In this document: one piece after another, positions 30,038 through 39,742 of the stretch
Layout: each line of letters begins with the position of its first letter
How positions within the stretch are numbered: the first letter of the stretch is position 1
Source of the DNA: Candidatus Berkiellales bacterium
GTDB taxonomy: Bacteria > Pseudomonadota > Gammaproteobacteria > Berkiellales > Berkiellaceae
DNA length: 64,000 bases
Assembly: GCA_044445585.1 (NCBI GenBank)
Contig: JBIOEB010000001.1
Span: 520-64,519, forward strand
Reading direction: 5' to 3'
Notes under the pieces: generated by a model
The model's database searches: none
Seen by the model: the letters and a program-made list of their open reading frames with translations, nothing else
What the model was told of the DNA's origin: nothing
Position numbers and translations under genes: made by a program

Positions 30038-30631
30038 TTATTCATTCGGACCGATTCTAATTCCACGTGCAGCGGCAGTGGCGATCATATCTTCCAATTG
30101 CCTTTCTTCTGCCTGTACTCTATCTCTTGACAATCTTTCACGATAATTAAAATAATTAACGGTACTGTCTGCAGCTCGGCTTGTGTTAGTAAAAATACTG
30201 GTCGTAACAAATGCGTGAGTCGTCGCTGCTTCTGTGGTTTGATAAAGGGTTTCATTTTCGCCCATAAAATATTTTCGGATCCCGAAATATATTGCTAAAG
30301 TGGTTAATAAGCCATTTCCTGCAGCGGGAGGTTCTTGTTCAGGTGGCTTTTCAAAAGCCTTGAACAATCGGGTATAAAGAGAAACCAATCCTTTATAAAG
30401 TAGGGCAAATAAAGACAAAAATGCCCATAAAATCAAAGTAAACTTAAAAGAATTGGGCTCTTCGCATTCATCGGCGTGCGACTCATTTTTCGGCTGCTGA
30501 GTAACCAAACGCGCTAACAGATCAGATAGAAAATAGACAAGTTGATAAACTATGATTGCAATAAGAACAAATACGCTTCGGATAAACCATTTAAAAGGAG
30601 TTTCTACTTTTTGTTCTGCGTTCACTACCAT
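30038..30631 (-). CDS. Hypothetical membrane protein within the paralogue array
   Basis: Two similar FK(W/F)-TM units plus a third hydrophobic patch; SD GAGG. Confidence 0.7.
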   Translation of the reverse strand: MVVNAEQKVETPFKWFIRSVFVLIAIIVYQLVYFLSDLLARLVTQQPKNESHADECEEPNSFKFTLILWAFLSLFALLYKGLVSLYTRLFKAFEKPPEQEPPAAGNGLLTTLAIYFGIRKYFMGENETLYQTTEAATTHAFVTTSIFTNTSRAADSTVNYFNYRERLSRDRVQAEERQLEDMIATAAARGIRIGPNE

Positions 30632-30718
30632 TTGTTAAAAAACCTCTTTTTTAAGCTGCCATAATTCTGTTGGATTGATTCCATCGAGTCAAAAATTAAT
30701 TCCTTCTCCACTGCGTTA

Positions 30719-31297
30719 TTACATTAAAAAACCTTTTGCAAAACCGCCAAAGCCCTTCTCCGTTGTTTGCCCCTTTTGAGTTTCTTGCGGAGGATCTGAT
30801 TTAGGTTTTTGTTCAAAGGCAGGTTCGGAAGCAGGAGCAGTATCTGGCGCAGGAGGCCCTTCTAGCATAGGCGTATAAACACGGGTTTGAGTAGGCACTA
30901 TTGCTGTATCTTGTTTTTCCGAGTGATGAAGAAGATCAATCCCAATTTCAAGGCTTGCCAAATCATTATTTGAGCTTAGCTTTTCCGCCCTAAACTTCTG
31001 TTGCATTACTATCACGCGTGCAATAAAGGCATCAACCTCTTTTCGGTTGTTCCGTACTTCATCAATAGACTCTGGTCTATATACAGGATAATCTTGAAGT
31101 AAGTCATGCAATTCGGCACGGGCAGCTTCATCTCCTTTATGTATCATCAAACCCAGTAGCAATGCTTGTGTGTGATAGGATAAGAAAATTTTGCTAAAAG
31201 TAGCTTTTACGCCTGCTTCATGAAATTTAAATTTAGAATATTCTGCGTCAAGGTTATCTAATTTAGCATTTAAATCTATTAATACTTGACTCAACAT
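30719..31297 (-). CDS. Effector-like hypothetical protein, paralogue 1 of tandem family
   Basis: Same length (192 aa) and similar termini as 28517-29095. Confidence 0.8.
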   Translation of the reverse strand: MLSQVLIDLNAKLDNLDAEYSKFKFHEAGVKATFSKIFLSYHTQALLLGLMIHKGDEAARAELHDLLQDYPVYRPESIDEVRNNRKEVDAFIARVIVMQQKFRAEKLSSNNDLASLEIGIDLLHHSEKQDTAIVPTQTRVYTPMLEGPPAPDTAPASEPAFEQKPKSDPPQETQKGQTTEKGFGGFAKGFLM

Positions 31298-31320
31298 ACT
31301 TCACACCTCACACATCTGGA

Positions 31321-31345
31321 CGGGACGGCACAGAGGCCGTCCCCT
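31321..31345. repeat. REP copy downstream of lpdA
   Basis: CGGGACGGCACAGAGGCCGTCCCCT. Confidence 0.85.
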
Positions 31346-31358
31346 CGGGTTTATTTTC

Positions 31359-32777
31359 TTAAGTTCCCTTTTTCTTATTCATCATATCAGTCGCGGTACC
31401 CTCAAACAGTTCAGCTGCAATCGCAATTGATTCTGACAAGGTCGGATGCGGATGGATGGTTAATGAAATATCCTCAGCTTCACAGCCCATTTCGATGGCT
31501 AGGCTCACTTCGGCAATCAGATCACCCGCATGCGGGCCAACAATGCCTGCGCCTAATACACGATGGGTCTTTTTATCGAAGATCAGCTTGGTGATCCCTT
31601 CTTCTCGACCCAATCCTAACGAGCGGCCACTCGCTAACCAAGGAAATACACCTTTGTCGTAGTCGATATTTTGCGCTTTTGCTTGCTCTTCTGTCAATCC
31701 TGTCCATGCCACTTCGGGATCGGTGTAGGCGACATTAGCAATGCATTTTGGATCAAAATAGTGCTTTTTACCTGCGATCACTTCTGCTGCAACGCGCCCT
31801 TCTGGCATCGCTTTATGCGCTAACATGGGGTTGCCATTAATATCGCCAATGGCATAAATGTTAGGCACATTGGTACGTAATTGTTTATCGACGGAGATAA
31901 ATCCGCGCTCATCCACTTTTACGCCAGCATTTTCAGCACCAATTAACTTTCCGTTGGGCACGCGACCCACCGAGACTAATACTTTGTCATATTTTTGCGG
32001 ATCTTTAGGTGCTTCTTTGCCTTCGAAGGTAACCCAAATGCCATCCTTTTTAGCGGTTGCTCCAGTGACTTTAGTGCTTAACATAATACTTTCGTATTTA
32101 GGTTTAATAAATTTATAAAGCGGCGTTGCAATATCTTTATCCACGCCCGGTAAAATAAAATCGGTTAATTCCACCACATTAATTTGCGAACCAAGGGCTT
32201 GGTAGACCGTCGCCATTTCTAAGCCAATAATACCGCCACCCACTACTAACATTCTTTTAGGAATATCGGTAAGCTCTAACGCACCGGTTGAATCGATAAT
32301 GCGAGGATCCTCTGGAAAGAACGGCAATTTCACCGGACGGGATCCGGCAGCAATAATGAGATTTTCAAAAGTGATCTTGGTAGCATTGGTGCCAGTAACA
32401 TTAAGCACATTAGAAGAGGCTAATTTGCCTTCCCCTTGGATCACTTGTACTTTACGCATTTTGGCCATTTGTGCCAAACCACCGGTTAAGCGTTTGACCA
32501 CGCTATCTTTAAATTCGCGGATTTTGGTTAAATCTAATTTCGGTGCTCCAAAATCAACCCCATGTTTTGCCATGGTATTGGCTTCGTTGATCATCGCGGC
32601 GGTGTGTAACAATGCTTTTGAAGGAATACAACCCACATTTAAACAAACGCCTCCTAGTGTAGGATAACGTTCAACTAAAACAACACCCTCACCCAATAAA
32701 TCCGCTGCTCTAAAAGCAGCAGAATAACCACCTGGGCCACTACCTAATACCACGACTTTTGCTTTTAATTCTGCCAT
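31359..32777 (-). CDS. lpdA: Dihydrolipoamide dehydrogenase
   Basis: GSGPGGY, GGVCLNVGCIPSK, GGGIIGLE, HPHPTLSE. Confidence 0.97.
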   Translation of the reverse strand: MAELKAKVVVLGSGPGGYSAAFRAADLLGEGVVLVERYPTLGGVCLNVGCIPSKALLHTAAMINEANTMAKHGVDFGAPKLDLTKIREFKDSVVKRLTGGLAQMAKMRKVQVIQGEGKLASSNVLNVTGTNATKITFENLIIAAGSRPVKLPFFPEDPRIIDSTGALELTDIPKRMLVVGGGIIGLEMATVYQALGSQINVVELTDFILPGVDKDIATPLYKFIKPKYESIMLSTKVTGATAKKDGIWVTFEGKEAPKDPQKYDKVLVSVGRVPNGKLIGAENAGVKVDERGFISVDKQLRTNVPNIYAIGDINGNPMLAHKAMPEGRVAAEVIAGKKHYFDPKCIANVAYTDPEVAWTGLTEEQAKAQNIDYDKGVFPWLASGRSLGLGREEGITKLIFDKKTHRVLGAGIVGPHAGDLIAEVSLAIEMGCEAEDISLTIHPHPTLSESIAIAAELFEGTATDMMNKKKGT

Positions 32778-32802
32778 TGAAGTATCACCTATTTTTTTGT
32801 CG

Positions 32803-34083
32803 TTACAGTAATAATTTTCGAATATCTTGTAATTGATCTACTACATAATTTAAAAATCTTGCCCCTTCCGCGCCATCGATCACGCGATGATCGTACGATA
32901 AACTCAACGGTAACATCAGCCTTGGTACAAATTCACCCTCAAGAAAAATTGGCTTAGTTTGCGACTTCGACACCCCTAAAATGGCAACATCGGGAGCGTT
33001 AATAATGGGCGTAAATGAAGTGCCACCCACACCACCCAAGCTGGTAATGCTAAAGCAACTGCCTTGCATTTGTTCGTTTTTTAATTTACCTTCGCGCGCC
33101 AAACTACTTAATTGCGCTAATTCTTGAGCAATGGCGTAGATCCCTTTGAGATCTACATCTCTTAACACTGGCACCATTAAGCCATCGGCGGTATCAACAG
33201 CGACCCCAAGGTGAAAATATTTTTTATAAATTAATTCTGTGCCATTGGGTGCCAATGAAGCATTCACTTGCGGATAAGCTTTTAGCGCAGCCACCACTGC
33301 TTTCATGATAAACGCTAACAACGTTAAGCGGATCCCTTGCTTTTCGGCAGCAGCACGATTTTCCTGACGGAAATGTTCGAGATCAGTAATATCGGCTTCA
33401 TCAAATTGTGTCACATGAGGAATGCTTACCCAATTACGATGTAAATTTTTTGCTGTCCACTTTTTAATTCGGCTTAAAGGTTTGACTTCAATTGCGCCAA
33501 ATTGACTAAAATCAATAGCGGGCGCTGATTCAATGGCTAAACCCGCCCCACCACCGGATTGCAAAGCTGATTTAACGTAAGCATGAATATCGTTGGTGAC
33601 TACGCGATTTTTAGGGCCTGAGCCGTGGATTTTGGATAAATCCACGCCCAATTCACGCGCTAAACGTCGGGTTGCCGGCCCGGCATGCACATCTTCATCA
33701 TCGTCTTCGAGATCTTCTTTTTCAATTTTGGAGATGGTTTGTTTGATAGGCGCTGCAGCTGCAGATGGTGCAGGTGTTTTAGCAGGCGCTTTTTCTTCGG
33801 CTTTAGCAGGCGCTTCTGGTTTAGCGGGGGCCACAATGGGTTCTTGCGTCAGCTCAACTAAGGCAATTAAATCTCCTTTTGAAACTTTATCACCTGCTTT
33901 TAATTTAACTTCTTTCACTTTACCACTTACCGGCGAAGGCACGTCCATAGCCGCTTTTTCGGTTTCTAAAGTGACCAGCGTATCTTCTGCTTTAATTACT
34001 GCTCCCGGGGTAATAGCGACTTCGATGACTTCTACCCCGCTAAAATTGCCGATATCTGGCACCGTAATTTCTTTAATATTCAC
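32803..34083 (-). CDS. aceF: Pyruvate dehydrogenase E2 with a single lipoyl domain
   Basis: LETEKAAMDVP, HAGPATRRLARE, IPHVTQFD, SYDHRVIDG. Confidence 0.96.
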   Translation of the reverse strand: MNIKEITVPDIGNFSGVEVIEVAITPGAVIKAEDTLVTLETEKAAMDVPSPVSGKVKEVKLKAGDKVSKGDLIALVELTQEPIVAPAKPEAPAKAEEKAPAKTPAPSAAAAPIKQTISKIEKEDLEDDDEDVHAGPATRRLARELGVDLSKIHGSGPKNRVVTNDIHAYVKSALQSGGGAGLAIESAPAIDFSQFGAIEVKPLSRIKKWTAKNLHRNWVSIPHVTQFDEADITDLEHFRQENRAAAEKQGIRLTLLAFIMKAVVAALKAYPQVNASLAPNGTELIYKKYFHLGVAVDTADGLMVPVLRDVDLKGIYAIAQELAQLSSLAREGKLKNEQMQGSCFSITSLGGVGGTSFTPIINAPDVAILGVSKSQTKPIFLEGEFVPRLMLPLSLSYDHRVIDGAEGARFLNYVVDQLQDIRKLLL

Positions 34084-34100
34084 CCCTGACTCCCTGTATT

Positions 34101-36764
34101 TTATAAATGAACCGGATCAGGCTTATCCGGATTAAGATTAAATTGTTGTAAGGCTTTTTGGGCGACTTCAGGCTTTAATTTACCTTCGTCTACCAAGGCT
34201 TTTATAGCCGAATACGCAATAAAATGGCGATCCACTTCAAAATGATGTCGCAAAGCATCGCGTGTGTCACTGCGACCAAAACCATCCGTCCCTAAGGCAA
34301 TAAATCGTTTTTTCACAAAAGACGACAACTGCTCGGCAAAAATCTTCATATAATCGGTTGCGGCAATGATTGGGCCTTGGGTATTTACCAACATTTGCTC
34401 AAAATAACTTTGTTTGGGTTTTTCAAGCGGATGCAATAAATTCCAACGTGATTGCGATAATGCATCTTTACGCAATTCATTAAAACTGGTGACACTCCAA
34501 ACATCTGCCGTAATGTTATATTCTTTTAATAATTCAGTGGCTGCGATAATTTCGCGTAAAATGGTACCCGATCCTAATAATTGAACATGCTGGGGGTTAG
34601 GTTTACTTGCTTTAGACAGCAAATACATCCCTTTAATGATCCCTTCCTCAGCCCCTTTTGGGATCTCAGGATGCAGATAATTTTCGTTCATCAACGTAAT
34701 ATAAAAATACACTTCCTCATTTTTGCCAAACATCCTTTCTAAACCATGATGAACGATCACAGCTAATTCATAAGCAAAAGTCGGATCATAGCTCACACAA
34801 TTGGGAATAAAACTGGCGAACAAATGGCTATGCCCATCTTGATGTTGTAACCCTTCGCCATTGATAGTGGTTCGACCAGCTGTGCCGCCTAATAAAAATC
34901 CTTTGGTGCGACTATCGCCCGCTGCCCAAGCAAAATCGCCAATGCGTTGAAAACCAAACATGGAATAAAAAATATAAAATGGGATCATCGTGCGATTGTA
35001 AGTGCTATAAGATGTGCCGGCAGCGATCCAAGAGCAAAAAGAACCCGCTTCATTGATCCCTTCTTCTAGAATTTGGCCGTTTTGCGCTTCACGATAATAC
35101 ATCACTTGATCAGCATCAACTGGGTTATATTTTTGCCCTTCGCTTGAATAAATGCCAATTTGGCGAAACAATCCTTCCATCCCAAAAGTGCGCGCTTCGT
35201 CGGGAACAATCGGCACAATATATTTGCCCATGGTTTTATCTTTAACCAGCGCTGCTAACATACGAACAAACGCCATGGTGGTAGAAATTTCGCGATCGTG
35301 AGTGCGTAATTGTGCATCAAAAATACTTAATGGCGGTAACGCGATGGGTTCATGCGAAGCCTTTTGGCGTCTTTTAGGAAGATTGCCGCCCAGTTCTTGC
35401 CTTCGCTTTTTTAAATACTGCATCTCTTCGCTTTTTTCGGATGGGCGATAAAAGGCAATTTTTTCAACCATTTCATCAGTGACTGGAATTTTAAAGCGAT
35501 CTCTAAATAGTGCTATTTCGTCGGAGGTCATTTTTTTAGTGTTATGCGCGATATTCAGCGCTTCACCCGCTGATCCTAAACCATACCCTTTCACTGTTTT
35601 AGCAAGGATCACCGTGGGTTGTCCACGCTGATCCACTGCTGCTTGATAAGCTGCATGCACTTTTTTGGGATCGTGCCCACCACGATTTAGTTTTGCAATT
35701 TGATCATCAGAAAGGTTAGCCACCAGTTGTGTTAGCTCGGGATATTTACCAAAAAAATGTTCTCGGGTATACGCGCCACCTTTGGCTTTATAATTTTGGT
35801 AATCACCATCGACGACTTCTTCCATTCGCCGAAGTAATAAACCACTTTTGTCGGCAGCAAAGAGAGAGTCCCATCCATCGCCCCAAATCAGTTTTAGCAC
35901 ATTCCAGCCGGCACCTTTAAAAACGCTTTCTAATTCCTGAATAATTTTGCCATTACCTCGAACCGGGCCATCTAACCGTTGCAAATTACAATTAATGACA
36001 AAAATCAGATTATCCAGCTTATCTCGGGCAGCAAGTGATAACCCGGCAAGCGATTCTGGTTCATCCATTTCACCATCGCCACAAAAGCACCAGACTTTAC
36101 GATCGGTTTTAGGGATTAATTCTCGCGCTTCGAGATAGCGCATAAATCTTGCTTGATACACGGCTTGTAGCGGCCCGAGGCCCATTGAAACCGTTGGGAA
36201 TTGCCAAAAATGCGGCATTAACCAAGGATGCGGATAAGAGGAAACGCCTTTTTTACTCGTTTCGCGGCGGAAATGAATTAATTGATCTTCTGAAATATCT
36301 CCTTGTAAAAAAGCACGAGCATAAATACCCGGCGAAGCGTGTCCTTGAATATAAATTAAATCACCACCGCATTCATGATCTAAACCGCGCCAAAAATGAT
36401 TAAAACCAACATCGTATAAAGTAGCCGAGGAAGCAAAAGTGCCGATATGTCCGCCTAAAGAGCTATCGACTTGTTGCGCTCTCACCACCATTGCCATGGC
36501 ATTCCAACGAATTAATCCGCGAAGTCGGTGCTCGATTGCAGAGTCGCCAGGCATGGCAGGTTCATTTTGAACGCTAATGGTATTGCAATAAGGCGTGGTG
36601 ATCTTTGAATCATAACGACAGCCTAAGGCTTGTGCTTTTTTAGCAATGGTATCGATCAAAAACTGAGCGCGCTCTGTCCCTTCAAATTTGACGACTGAAC
36701 GCAGTGCTTGCAACCATTCTTGAGTTTCTTCAGGATCATCATCTGGGGTTGCAGGATTTTGCAT
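34101..36764 (-). CDS. aceE: Pyruvate dehydrogenase E1, homodimeric type
   Basis: QGHASPGIY, SYPHPWLMP, GDGEMDEPE, YSMFGFQR, EGLQHQDG. Confidence 0.97.
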   Translation of the reverse strand: MQNPATPDDDPEETQEWLQALRSVVKFEGTERAQFLIDTIAKKAQALGCRYDSKITTPYCNTISVQNEPAMPGDSAIEHRLRGLIRWNAMAMVVRAQQVDSSLGGHIGTFASSATLYDVGFNHFWRGLDHECGGDLIYIQGHASPGIYARAFLQGDISEDQLIHFRRETSKKGVSSYPHPWLMPHFWQFPTVSMGLGPLQAVYQARFMRYLEARELIPKTDRKVWCFCGDGEMDEPESLAGLSLAARDKLDNLIFVINCNLQRLDGPVRGNGKIIQELESVFKGAGWNVLKLIWGDGWDSLFAADKSGLLLRRMEEVVDGDYQNYKAKGGAYTREHFFGKYPELTQLVANLSDDQIAKLNRGGHDPKKVHAAYQAAVDQRGQPTVILAKTVKGYGLGSAGEALNIAHNTKKMTSDEIALFRDRFKIPVTDEMVEKIAFYRPSEKSEEMQYLKKRRQELGGNLPKRRQKASHEPIALPPLSIFDAQLRTHDREISTTMAFVRMLAALVKDKTMGKYIVPIVPDEARTFGMEGLFRQIGIYSSEGQKYNPVDADQVMYYREAQNGQILEEGINEAGSFCSWIAAGTSYSTYNRTMIPFYIFYSMFGFQRIGDFAWAAGDSRTKGFLLGGTAGRTTINGEGLQHQDGHSHLFASFIPNCVSYDPTFAYELAVIVHHGLERMFGKNEEVYFYITLMNENYLHPEIPKGAEEGIIKGMYLLSKASKPNPQHVQLLGSGTILREIIAATELLKEYNITADVWSVTSFNELRKDALSQSRWNLLHPLEKPKQSYFEQMLVNTQGPIIAATDYMKIFAEQLSSFVKKRFIALGTDGFGRSDTRDALRHHFEVDRHFIAYSAIKALVDEGKLKPEVAQKALQQFNLNPDKPDPVHL

Positions 36765-36833
36765 TTATCCTTTTCCTTCTTTTCGCCCATTAATACTATT
36801 TTCCCGGGATTATATCATTCCTATGTCTAATCC

Positions 36834-37403
36834 CTAATTTTCCGCCGACAAGAGATCCCTAACTAACTGTTTATAATGCGTCCAATCAAATGCTGGTCCG
36901 GGATCAGTCTTACGATGCGGCGCAATATCGCTATGCCCAACCAATCGATCCAAGGTAATCTTTGGAAAATGTTGCATCATAACATAAGTTAATTGCGCTA
37001 ATTTGTCGTACTGTAATGTAGTATACGCGATATTATCCTCACCTTCTAACTCAATCCCAATGGAATAATGGTTACAATTATCTCGACCCATAAAAGAAGA
37101 GCCCCCAGCATGCCAAGCGCGTTTGGTCACGGGAACAAATTGCCACAATGCACCATCGCGACGAATGTAAAAATGGCTAGAAACTTTAAGATGAGCAATT
37201 TGTTGGAAATAAGGATGCTCTGCTGCATCCAATCGGTTGCAAAAGAATTTTTGGACGGCATCTCCGGCAAACACCTTTGGTGGCAAACTGATCCCATGAA
37301 TGACCAATAAATCGATTTCATGATCTAAGGGCCGTTCATCAAAATTTGGCGACGCGCAAAAGGTAGCGCTAGTGATAAGACCTGATTTTACATTAAGCTT
37401 CAT
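36834..37403 (-). CDS. ampD: 1,6-anhydro-N-acetylmuramyl-L-alanine amidase
   Basis: SPNFDERP, IHGISLPP, VSSHF, AWHAG, GIELEG, GHSDIAP.RKTDPG. Confidence 0.95.
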   Translation of the reverse strand: MKLNVKSGLITSATFCASPNFDERPLDHEIDLLVIHGISLPPKVFAGDAVQKFFCNRLDAAEHPYFQQIAHLKVSSHFYIRRDGALWQFVPVTKRAWHAGGSSFMGRDNCNHYSIGIELEGEDNIAYTTLQYDKLAQLTYVMMQHFPKITLDRLVGHSDIAPHRKTDPGPAFDWTHYKQLVRDLLSAEN

Positions 37404-37504
37404 AACATTGTTACCCATTTGAGTTAACATTAAACCCTTGATACATAAACAGGTTAACGATTTGGGCTATAATTGCAACAATCTACCACGTTACGATTGA
37501 TATC

Positions 37505-38032
37505 ATGAAAGAGCTCCCACCCGACAACGATACCCAAGGCCTTGGAAAATTCATGGCGATCATCGCTTGGGTGTTGATCTTAGTGTTGCTAAGTTTATTT
37601 TTTAATCATTGGTATAGTAACCTGGCAACTACACCAGAAATTGTCACCACTGATGGAACCCAACAAACGATCATCAAACGCAATAATAAAAATCAATATT
37701 TAACCGAAGGAACCATCAATGGTAAAGCAGCGGTATTTTTACTTGACACTGGATCAACCGATATTGTTATTCCGGGTCAAATTGCACGAGAGCTGCACTT
37801 ACAGCATGGCTATGAGTCACTTGCAACCACTGCAGGAGGGAATATCGTTGTGTATCAAACCTACCTTGATACCGTAACGATTGGCCACATTACTTTACAC
37901 CATTTACCTGCTAGCGTGAATGCCAACATGGGCGGCAATGAAATATTGTTAGGCATGACAGCATTAAAAAGAATTAATTTTTTTCAGCAAGGGGAAAATT
38001 TAATTTTAACAACCCCTACTCCGTCGCGATAG
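37505..38032 (+). CDS. Retropepsin-like (clan AA) aspartic protease with N-terminal TM
   Basis: FLLDTGS, TAGG, ILLGM. Confidence 0.88.
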   Translation: MKELPPDNDTQGLGKFMAIIAWVLILVLLSLFFNHWYSNLATTPEIVTTDGTQQTIIKRNNKNQYLTEGTINGKAAVFLLDTGSTDIVIPGQIARELHLQHGYESLATTAGGNIVVYQTYLDTVTIGHITLHHLPASVNANMGGNEILLGMTALKRINFFQQGENLILTTPTPSR

Positions 38033-38037
38033 CGATA

Positions 38038-38568
38038 TTAGTTCTTTTTCAAAGTCTCATTAATGTTAAACACCACATGATAATCCGAATTCCTACCAAA
38101 AAACCCATACGCATTTTCTTGCTCGGGCAATTTGACGGTGTCTTGTTTATGTGGAATGGCCCACTCAGTATGAAACTTACCATTTTCACAACGCACTTTT
38201 AATTCAACCGAGCCAAGCTCTTCTTCATTGAGCGTTAAAATATTTTGCTCTACCAACGTAATCAAAAGATCGACATTTTCACAGATGGTAATGTCTTTTT
38301 TCCAAAGTTCGATGTTCTTAATATGCTCTAAATGGCGGGAATACCAATGAGTGGGAAAACTTGGGATCTGATAATGCACCGGTTTTTCTGCCGATGGAAA
38401 TTCACTGATACTGAAAAAAAGATGATCGCCGCGGATATCGTGCGATCGTTTCATTTCAATGGTCTCTAACTTCAAGGTGATCGCCTCGACGTCAGCCAGT
38501 AACGGCGTGTTTACGCCTAAGCAGCTTGCCAATGATAATCCAACAATCCAATATTTTGACCCATACAT
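38038..38568 (-). CDS. Secreted hypothetical protein
   Basis: Signal peptide, SD GAGG. Confidence 0.75.
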   Translation of the reverse strand: MYGSKYWIVGLSLASCLGVNTPLLADVEAITLKLETIEMKRSHDIRGDHLFFSISEFPSAEKPVHYQIPSFPTHWYSRHLEHIKNIELWKKDITICENVDLLITLVEQNILTLNEEELGSVELKVRCENGKFHTEWAIPHKQDTVKLPEQENAYGFFGRNSDYHVVFNINETLKKN

Positions 38569-38658
38569 AATATGTACCTCAAAGCGAGTTATAATGAGTA
38601 AGTATAGCCACTTCCCTCCTACCGTTCATCCGAAAGTTAAAAAAATCAATCAAAAGGC

Positions 38659-38688
38659 TTGACCCGTCACTTGTTCCTTTGCTAAATT
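38659..38688 (+). promoter_or_regulatory. Putative sigma70 promoter of the trp leader
   Basis: TTGACC-N18-TAAATT with extended TG. Confidence 0.55.
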
Positions 38689-38697
38689 CAAAAAGCT

Positions 38698-38784
38698 ATG
38701 AAAACAAATACCTTACAAATACTTCATTCTATTCGCTTTTGGTGGCCCTCCAATCTGGGTGGGTTCACTCGCGCATATAGATAA
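38698..38784 (+). CDS. trpL: trp operon leader peptide (28 aa)
   Basis: MKTNTLQILHSIRFWWPSNLGGFTRAYR; tandem TGG TGG at 38740-38745 upstream of attenuator hairpins. Confidence 0.88.
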   Translation: MKTNTLQILHSIRFWWPSNLGGFTRAYR

Positions 38785-38798
38785 AAAATTCGCGAATT

Positions 38799-38828
38799 AA
38801 AAGCCCACCCTTTGGTGGGCTTTTTTTT
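38799..38828 (+). terminator. Attenuator terminator T1
   Basis: GCCCACC-CTTT-GGTGGGC-T8. Confidence 0.92.
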
Positions 38829-38835
38829 ACCTCGC

Positions 38836-38867
38836 AAAAAGCCCATCAAAAGATGGGCTTTTTTTTT
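38836..38867 (+). terminator. Second tandem terminator T2
   Basis: GCCCATC-AAAA-GATGGGC-T9. Confidence 0.9.
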
Positions 38868-38893
38868 GCCCCCTAATTACTGGAGAAGAAGCA

Positions 38894-39742
38894 ATGAGAG
38901 ATGAATACCAAAATCTAAAAAACAAAATGGACAATTTTAAAGTTGGGAATATTCAAAAACCCGAGATCCGGATTGGGAAGCATGTTATTGGTGATAACAG
39001 TTTTACCCTTATTGCTGGGCCTTGTGCGGTTGAAGATCGACAGCAGATGACAGCCATTACCGAAGCCGTTGTGGCTGCAGGCGCTCATATTTTACGAGGC
39101 GGGGCCTTTAAACCGCGAACTTCGCCTTATAGTTTTCAAGGACTAGGCGAGGATGGTTTGTTATTACTTAAAGAAATGCGTGATAAATACCACATCCCCA
39201 TTATTACCGAGGTAATGGATGCTCGCCAAATCGAAAACACTGCCAACGTTGCGGATGTGTTGCAAATAGGATCACGCAATATGCAAAATTTTGGGCTACT
39301 AGAAGCTGCCGGTTACAGTCAAAAACCCATCTTACTCAAACGTGGCATCGCAGCAACGATTGAAGAATTACTGATGGCGGCTGAATATATTTTAAATACT
39401 GGGAATCATCAAGTGATGTTATGTGAACGAGGGATCAGAACATTTGAAAAAGTCTCGCGTAACACCTTAGACTTAAACGCTGTTGCCATTCTTAAAAATT
39501 TAACCCATTTACCTATTATTGTTGATCCTTCACATGGTACCGGGATCACGCAAATTATGTCTCCAATGGCAAAGGCTGCGCTGGCTTGCGGCGCAGATGG
39601 GATCATGGTTGAAGTACATCATCAACCTAGTAAAGCTTTATCTGATGGCGATCAAGCGTTGCTTCCAGCGGAATTTAAAATGATCGTTGCTGATTTATTC
39701 CCTTTAGCTAAAGCACTCAACAGAGGGTTGATTTATGTCTGA
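38894..39742 (+). CDS. aroF: DAHP synthase type I-beta, no regulatory domain
   Basis: IAGPCAVE, RGGAFKPRTSPYSFQGLG, QIGSRNMQNF, LCERG, DPSHG. Confidence 0.93.
   Translation: MRDEYQNLKNKMDNFKVGNIQKPEIRIGKHVIGDNSFTLIAGPCAVEDRQQMTAITEAVVAAGAHILRGGAFKPRTSPYSFQGLGEDGLLLLKEMRDKYHIPIITEVMDARQIENTANVADVLQIGSRNMQNFGLLEAAGYSQKPILLKRGIAATIEELLMAAEYILNTGNHQVMLCERGIRTFEKVSRNTLDLNAVAILKNLTHLPIIVDPSHGTGITQIMSPMAKAALACGADGIMVEVHHQPSKALSDGDQALLPAEFKMIVADLFPLAKALNRGLIYV

Noticed and set aside
33593-34135. 180-aa antisense ORF over aceF, and similar shadows over putA, lpdA, trp genes and 47047-47388
   Set aside because: Antisense to well-supported genes and explained by codon bias or low complexity
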